Positions 58,604 to 64,000 of a DNA stretch of 64,000 nucleotides are shown piece after piece (the stretch's first letter is position 1; each line of letters starts with the position of its first letter). The stretch is taken from the IMG/VR virus record IMGVR_UViG_3300011712_000002; one strand, given 5' to 3'. Below the pieces are notes generated by a model, which made no database searches, had not been told where the DNA came from, and saw nothing but the letters and a program-made list of their open reading frames with translations. Source of the stretch: an uncultured virus (IMG/VR IMGVR_UViG_3300011712_000002) (lineage: Duplodnaviria; Heunggongvirae; Uroviricota; Caudoviricetes). Position numbers and translations under genes: made by a program.

Positions 58604-59650
58604 ATGAGTGAATATTCAATTGATGAATCTGGGTATACCGGACGAGATCTTCTACAAAAATCTCAGCCTTGGCAAGGCGCAAGTGCTATAAACATTTCCA
58701 ATGATGATGCTCGGTATCTAATTAAACAGCATTTCCCGAAACTCCAAGCTCCAGAATTAAAATTTAGCTCTCTCAAAAGACGGGTTACAAACCAAAAACC
58801 TCTCTATCTGTTGCAAAAGGATATTTTAGAGAATTTTAAAAGCGTCACTTGTGTTGCTGATAAGCGGTTTCTACTTGTCCAAATGTTCATTGAGTATGCT
58901 GTTGAGCCCTTTTACTACGCCAATGATATAAATCTGTATGAAAATGGCGGCAATGTCACTCTGGCTTCTATGGCTTACTATGTCTGTCAGAGTTATTACG
59001 GTAGAGATTTTGACAATATACTTTTGGCATTTCAGAATGCGATGTTTGAGAAAACGCCCACTTCAATCGAGACCTTAATTTCTAGTATCCAAAGTATAAA
59101 TTGGAATCGACTGCCAGAATTTTTCGGTCCATTAGCGCTTGAACACCCGGATTGTATAGATGCAATTGTGAACCCAAGCATTTCAACCGACGCTGCATTT
59201 GTCATTCTCCAAGCATTGATTTCACGCACTGAACTAATGGCAGACGAGCCATATAGTATAAAACATGATCGTTCAGACAACCTTTTGCAATACAACAATT
59301 ACCTATCCATGCTAATCAATTGCAAAAGCCCTGCTGAGTTTAAAATGTCTGAAATCGCAGGCATTAAATATCCGTTAAAAGTCAAACAAGTAAATCAAGT
59401 CGATTCGAAGCTACACCCATCCGTTCAACTTTGTGACATTTTAATTGGAGGCGCAATTAATGGCGTCCGAGAGTTGATTGAAACTAAGGAAATGTCTTTT
59501 TACTCGCCACTGAAACTTTATGAAGGCAATCAAATCATTCACTTTACTCCAAACATAGACTTTGAAAGTGAAATGAAATTCAGAAATGGATCTCAAGGTA
59601 ATGAAATGATCAATTTTATAGCCAAACAATTAAAAACTTCAGGTTATTAA
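58604..59650 (+). CDS. DUF3800-family (RNase H-like) protein, AT-rich moron
   Basis: IDESGYTG N-terminal motif, ELKF, DSK...VQLCDIL. Confidence 0.75.
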   Translation: MSEYSIDESGYTGRDLLQKSQPWQGASAINISNDDARYLIKQHFPKLQAPELKFSSLKRRVTNQKPLYLLQKDILENFKSVTCVADKRFLLVQMFIEYAVEPFYYANDINLYENGGNVTLASMAYYVCQSYYGRDFDNILLAFQNAMFEKTPTSIETLISSIQSINWNRLPEFFGPLALEHPDCIDAIVNPSISTDAAFVILQALISRTELMADEPYSIKHDRSDNLLQYNNYLSMLINCKSPAEFKMSEIAGIKYPLKVKQVNQVDSKLHPSVQLCDILIGGAINGVRELIETKEMSFYSPLKLYEGNQIIHFTPNIDFESEMKFRNGSQGNEMINFIAKQLKTSGY

Positions 59651-59660
59651 TTTCATGATT

Positions 59661-59685
59661 AATGACGCCCGTTAGGGCGTCATTT
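59661..59685. terminator. Bidirectional terminator
   Basis: AATGACGCCC-gtta-GGGCGTCATT between convergent genes. Confidence 0.65.
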
Positions 59686-59686
59686 A

Positions 59687-60115
59687 TTACCAAGCAGTTT
59701 TGTTCAGATAGAAGTCACCACCGGCATTGCTGCCAAATCTGTAAGCGGCCTCCGATTTCACATTCACTGTTGTCTCTACGTTCTCACCGGCACAGAACGG
59801 CATAGCTCTGGAAAGTCGAGCACCGATAATGTGTTCCCCGGGCGCAAGGTAAAGGCTTACCTTCTCAGACATCCCCACTTCGGCCACGTCTTTGCCATCA
59901 ACAGCAACCATCGCGGTGCAGAATGCCCCCTTAGTCCCAGAATCGCGTTTAACGACCGTCAGCACCGTGCCGGTGGCGGATTGTGTAAGGGTGCGATCGA
60001 TGATCTGCTTCGATGGTACTTCTTTTGCTTCACCGGTCGCTACTGGTTGGTTGGAGCAAGCGGAGAGAAGGAGTGCAGCAGCTGTTGCAGCGAAATAGGC
60101 AATTTTCATATTCAT
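59687..60115 (-). CDS. Lipoprotein
   Basis: Lipobox LSAC. Confidence 0.8.
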   Translation of the reverse strand: MNMKIAYFAATAAALLLSACSNQPVATGEAKEVPSKQIIDRTLTQSATGTVLTVVKRDSGTKGAFCTAMVAVDGKDVAEVGMSEKVSLYLAPGEHIIGARLSRAMPFCAGENVETTVNVKSEAAYRFGSNAGGDFYLNKTAW

Positions 60116-60430
60116 CCCGAATCTATAAGGGCAATCTAATTTAAGTTATGTAGTGCAGGCGTGTTATTCACCGTTGCATCATATCAGCAAGCTATAAGGT
60201 TATCCATGCGGCAGCGGTCAAGTGGTTAATTGTTGAGTCGGTCAATTATATATAAGGTCAATATAGTCAATGCTGTAATATTTTTTGGTCGACATGGTCT
60301 ACCGGTTAATTATATATATAAGGGGAGCGACCGAAATAGGGTATTTATTGAGGGAACACCTTCCTTCCTTATACGCTTATTTCTAGGACTTTGCTTTTTT
60401 CATCTTTTTTAAAAAAATCACAAAAAGGAC

Positions 60431-60458
60431 TTGCACGGTTTTTTAACTCATCCATAAT
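60431..60458 (+). promoter_or_regulatory. Sigma70-like promoter with A-rich UP element
   Basis: TTGCAC-16 bp-CATAAT. Confidence 0.55.
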
Positions 60459-60535
60459 GCAACACATCGAAAGCAAACACGCTAACGATAAACAAAACTT
60501 TCAGCGCTTTGCGCAAATATATAGGATTAAAAATT

Positions 60536-61189
60536 ATGTCTAATATCATCTCAAAAAAATCTGTTCTTGAAGCTGCTACCACTGTTGCAACTGAATTAGC
60601 TGAAACTGTTGCAAGCGTCGAACAAAATTACACTACTCGCTATAATGCTGGACAAGATACCAAAGCAGATAAAAAAGCTATGCAAGCTGCTAAAACTAAA
60701 CTTGCATACTTCACTAACAACGTTTGCAAGCCACTGACAGACGATAAAGCAAATAGCGTGTTTTATTATGCGATTAAAGCAAGCAAGCAAACGCCAGAGC
60801 AGTTTTTCCGCGAAGCAATGGAGAATAGCTATAGCTTAGAAAAACTGGTCTACTTGATTAATTCTATCCGCGCTAAACGTTGCGAATACTCATTAGCGGA
60901 TCAATCTGGTTCACGCGTTTTTGCAATTGTTGAAATTATCAAAGATGAAATGGAAATTTTCACCAATGGCGCAATTAAAACGCTGATGGATGAAGCGAAG
61001 AAAGAAAACGAGAAGCAAGCGGATCAAACGTATACGCAAGCAAATCAGTTAATCGCTATGTGTGAACGTTTGGGCTTGATTGAGAAGATCAAAGGAGCTG
61101 GCGCAGCCAAAAACGGATCACAACAATATAAACTGTTAGATAATGATTTTGTGTCTTATATCCGTGATGCTTTCGCAGTAGCTCAATAA
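60536..61189 (+). CDS. Hypothetical protein (possibly early-expressed)
   Basis: SD AGGA, ATG 60536, own promoter and terminator. Confidence 0.75.
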   Translation: MSNIISKKSVLEAATTVATELAETVASVEQNYTTRYNAGQDTKADKKAMQAAKTKLAYFTNNVCKPLTDDKANSVFYYAIKASKQTPEQFFREAMENSYSLEKLVYLINSIRAKRCEYSLADQSGSRVFAIVEIIKDEMEIFTNGAIKTLMDEAKKENEKQADQTYTQANQLIAMCERLGLIEKIKGAGAAKNGSQQYKLLDNDFVSYIRDAFAVAQ

Positions 61190-61197
61190 AGGAATAT

Positions 61198-61516
61198 AGC
61201 GCCCACTATGGGCGCTTTTAAATGGACACAAAAGAATGACTAAGCAAGAATATTTAAAGCGTCAGAATAAAGCATATTTGAAATTTAAAGCGGAACTTTG
61301 CGAGGAACTACAAGCGGAAGTTGACGCAATGAATTTAAATTTTTTCGATGTCGTTAATGGTTATATGACGGAAAGAAAAAAGCGTTATATGTTTTTAGTC
61401 GATACAATCGGAAAATTAAAACGCGATCTTTACTGCTAATTTTAAGCGCCCACTATGGGCGCTTTTTTTGCTTTCCAGATCCGCACCACTTCAGCGCCCA
61501 CTATGGGCGCTTTTTT
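61198..61516 (+). repeat. Three identical terminator-like hairpins AGCGCCCACTATGGGCGCTTTT
   Basis: Exact copies at 61198, 61445 and 61493. Confidence 0.9.
61236..61439 (+). CDS. Small hypothetical protein between hairpin repeats
   Basis: 67 aa with SD GGA. Confidence 0.65.
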   Translation: MTKQEYLKRQNKAYLKFKAELCEELQAEVDAMNLNFFDVVNGYMTERKKRYMFLVDTIGKLKRDLYC

Positions 61517-62079
61517 CGTTGTGTCGCAGCAAACGAGACAAGCCACAAAATCGACGCTATGAGACGATCACAGAGACGCGTTTTAACGTTGGGCAATGCG
61601 TTACCACGCGCTATAGATTCAAGCGCTTAGAATGCTTTACAGCACGTTTAAATCACCATGTTTAAATTGTGATCGCTGTCTGGTGTAACGTTGCCAATAT
61701 GGGCGCGCTGCTATGTGTCGGTATGGTGCGGCATTGTGCGCTGGCATCGCGTGGCGCTGGTACAATGTGCGCTTATTGGCTGGCGTGTCTGGCTGGCTAT
61801 CCAGTGGTAAAGCAGTCAAGGCGTAAAGCCATTCAGGTGGATGCTCGGCAAATGGCTTGGGTCGATTCTGGGGTGTCCCTGACCACCGCCCTACCCCACT
61901 CCTAAAGCCAAACCTGCTGTATACCGAAATCCCTATACCGAAAGCTGGCCGTTTCCCGAAAAATTCCCCTACCCGTTTCCCTGCGGCTACCCTTCGAGGG
62001 TTATGGCCGTTTTCAAAAATTTACCTGCGGCCAGGGTTCCCATCAAAAAGAGCGCCGTTTCCGACGCCCTAAACAAAGT

Positions 62080-62895
62080 TTATAAATTTGCTCCGGTCTT
62101 ACTCATCGAGGTCACTGCATACACTACAAAAGCATTAGTTACGCGAATATCAGGCCCTGTCTCGTAAACGTCATCCCCCTGAATCATACCGTTCAGATAC
62201 ATTTCATCGCCTTCAACGTGGAAGATAAATCCTGTGTATGGCTGTCCTGATATTTTTAGTCTGAAACCAAAATAATTTCCTGTATCCACCTTCGATATGC
62301 TTTTGAATCCATCGACATCGTGTAATAGAGCAAGGTAATTAGCTAAGGAGATGTAGTTTGAGTACGGTGACCCAGGACCTCGTGAGATGTAGAGTCCTGA
62401 AGCAAGCTGAGCCTCTGAGAAGCCTAAGTCGCTAACTTCTTCTTTATGTTTTTCGTATGAGTCTTGTATGGCTTGTGCAGCTGTTTTTACATGTGATTTA
62501 TCATACTCTTCTTTTTTAATATCTTGTATTGCGAAGCTTGTAGAAATGCAGTTTGAAGGGCCTTTTGATTTATTCAGCATCGTCTCACAAATAGCATTAT
62601 TGCGGGCTATGTATTCATCTCGCACACATGCGTCATTACTACATTCATTTCTTGTCTGGAGCCAAGCCTTCTGCTCAATTTTTGCATTTGAAATTACATC
62701 CGCGTCTACCGGAGCCTTCAATAGGCTCTTGTAGTTTGTAGATAGAACATCATCAAGCCGACTTATCTCGTAGTTTTTGCAGATAATATTCTCAACCTGG
62801 GTTGAAGCTTTGGCACAGTCAAAGGAGGCCGCGTTAGCTTGTAATCCAGCCAGCAGACCGATAGCTGCCATACCGATGTGTTTAATCATTTTCAT
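62080..62895 (-). CDS. LprI-like lysozyme-inhibitor domain secreted protein
   Basis: Signal peptide, ASFDCAKA...IC...QKAWLQTRNEC...C...Y. Confidence 0.75.
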   Translation of the reverse strand: MKMIKHIGMAAIGLLAGLQANAASFDCAKASTQVENIICKNYEISRLDDVLSTNYKSLLKAPVDADVISNAKIEQKAWLQTRNECSNDACVRDEYIARNNAICETMLNKSKGPSNCISTSFAIQDIKKEEYDKSHVKTAAQAIQDSYEKHKEEVSDLGFSEAQLASGLYISRGPGSPYSNYISLANYLALLHDVDGFKSISKVDTGNYFGFRLKISGQPYTGFIFHVEGDEMYLNGMIQGDDVYETGPDIRVTNAFVVYAVTSMSKTGANL

Positions 62896-62979
62896 TCCAT
62901 TGTCCCCTTGAAGTAACACCCAAAGTTATCGTCTCAAATACAAATATCTTTAGAGTATTCAATCAGGGAACTGATGCGA

Positions 62980-63184
62980 TCATACATGGCGATGACTTCC
63001 CAGCGCACGAGGGAACGCTGCTGTAGCCACACATCGACTTTGGCCTTCCATACCCCATATGCTTGGGCATAAATGGTGCTCCCGCGCTGGTGGGGCTGAA
63101 CCTGAGCGATATACTCCTTTGCTATTTCTGGCAGAAGGCTTCCGTCTCCGGGTTCTGGATTGCTGGCGTTGGTTTGAATTTCAT
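62980..63184 (-). pseudogene. Small frameshifted ORF
   Basis: SD GAGG + MKFKPTPAIQNPETEAFC, then an open shifted frame EIAKEYIAQV...; span is 205 nt. Confidence 0.35.
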
Positions 63185-63193
63185 GGTGACCTC

Positions 63194-63475
63194 TCAGTGC
63201 ATCAAGCCGATGTCTACGCTCTCGCCACCTTCAGTGAGGCGGATCATCAACATTGCGAAGGCATTGAGTGGATAACCGGCGTGCCATTCAGGAGCACGGT
63301 CATCAATCATGAAGTCGGCCACATCGAAGAGTGCGCCTTCGTGGTGGAAGAAGCGGGTGCTGCCCTGGTCGTCATATTCGACGTGATCCATTTCGTTCTG
63401 CTCGACTTCGTTCAGGTCAAGCCAGGAAAGCAGGTGGACGTTTTCTGCTTTGGGTGTAACGTTAAATTCGGTCAT
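63194..63475 (-). CDS. Hypothetical acidic protein
   Basis: 93-aa ORF. Confidence 0.75.
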   Translation of the reverse strand: MTEFNVTPKAENVHLLSWLDLNEVEQNEMDHVEYDDQGSTRFFHHEGALFDVADFMIDDRAPEWHAGYPLNAFAMLMIRLTEGGESVDIGLMH

Positions 63476-63585
63476 GTGCTTTTCTCTTGTTTTGTTGTTG
63501 GACTAATTATCGCAAGTGACACACGGCAGAAAACAAATTGTTATCGGGCATAAGAAAATGGCGCGGGTTAGCGCGCCATTGTGGT

Positions 63586-63975
63586 TTAAGCAGTCTGGCC
63601 TGCGGCCAGCACATCAGCAGGTAGATAATTGTCCAGCGTTACGCCGGAGGTAATTTTCATGCCATATGCGCCGATCCAGGTGCTGGTGTTGTCGATGCCT
63701 GTCTCAATGAAGTCGGTAACCTCATCCATCAGGGTCTCGAACAGGTCTTTACCTGATGCACGGTAATGACCTTCAATTGCCACCAGCAGTGGGTCACTGC
63801 CGTCCATAACAGTTTGCGCACCGATGGAGTACACCGCAGGTTGCGCTTTGTCTTTCGGGGTTGTTCGAACCAGGGTACTGATCTGCTTCTCAAGCCCTAC
63901 GGACGTATCACGGATCTGGACAGTAATCTTTGCCACCTTGCCACCGTCTTCGGTGCGCTCAGAGGCGTAATACAT
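63586..63975 (-). CDS. Hypothetical protein (may start upstream of the window end)
   Basis: 129-aa ORF followed by a hairpin at about 63557-63580. Confidence 0.65.
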   Translation of the reverse strand: MYYASERTEDGGKVAKITVQIRDTSVGLEKQISTLVRTTPKDKAQPAVYSIGAQTVMDGSDPLLVAIEGHYRASGKDLFETLMDEVTDFIETGIDNTSTWIGAYGMKITSGVTLDNYLPADVLAAGQTA

Positions 63976-64000
63976 GTCGTAAACCAGTTCTGTTGCCTTG

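Larger units (their letters stand above)
1..64000. mobile_element. Phage-plasmid (SSU5/pHCM2-like temperate siphovirus), partial
   Basis: Complete siphoviral head/tail module together with ParA partitioning, tyrosine recombinase, DnaE, ligase, primase, helicase and a CobS/CobT-like pair; no host housekeeping synteny. Confidence 0.9.

Noticed and set aside
61198..61516. CRISPR array
   Set aside because: Only three repeats, very unequal spacers (one contains a gene), terminator-like T-tails, and no cas genes

Overview
The whole window looks like a segment of a large temperate siphovirus-type phage-plasmid of enterobacteria. The gene order resembles the SSU5/pHCM2-like group; this is recognised from memory, not from a search. 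Most genes are on the minus strand. Left to right the window contains: the N-terminus of DNA Pol III alpha, a MoxR AAA+/vWA (CobS/CobT-like) pair, an XRE repressor, a tyrosine recombinase with a lox-like palindrome, and an AT-rich three-gene HNH cassette. Next come glutaredoxin, a probable anti-defence sponge pair (Gp49-family protein and a Tad2/DUF2829 fusion), a long structured non-coding region carrying a tmRNA-like tag frame, DNA ligase, primase, a DnaB-like helicase and ParA with its adaptor. Then follow the lysis genes, two Cor/Llp-like lipoproteins, a gp38-like adhesin and tail fibre, a full lambda-like tail-tip/tail/head/terminase module, an AbiJ/HEPN-like moron, a ParB-ABC ATPase-GNAT module, an SF2 helicase, a tandem Hfq/Sm-like protein, and DUF3800 and LprI morons. 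The most notable non-coding signals are: (1) a roughly 350-nt minus-strand RNA with a tmRNA tag frame (ANDTQYLAVA**) but no tRNA-like domain; (2) two dispersed palindromic operator families; (3) CsrA-type GGA hairpins in front of structural genes; (4) polar 15-bp repeats that invert around the recombinase site; (5) two related 57-bp inverted-repeat elements directly downstream of AT-rich cargo genes. Six N-gaps interrupt genes, so apparent frameshifts should be treated cautiously. I saw no rRNA, tRNA, CRISPR array, IS element or RepA gene.
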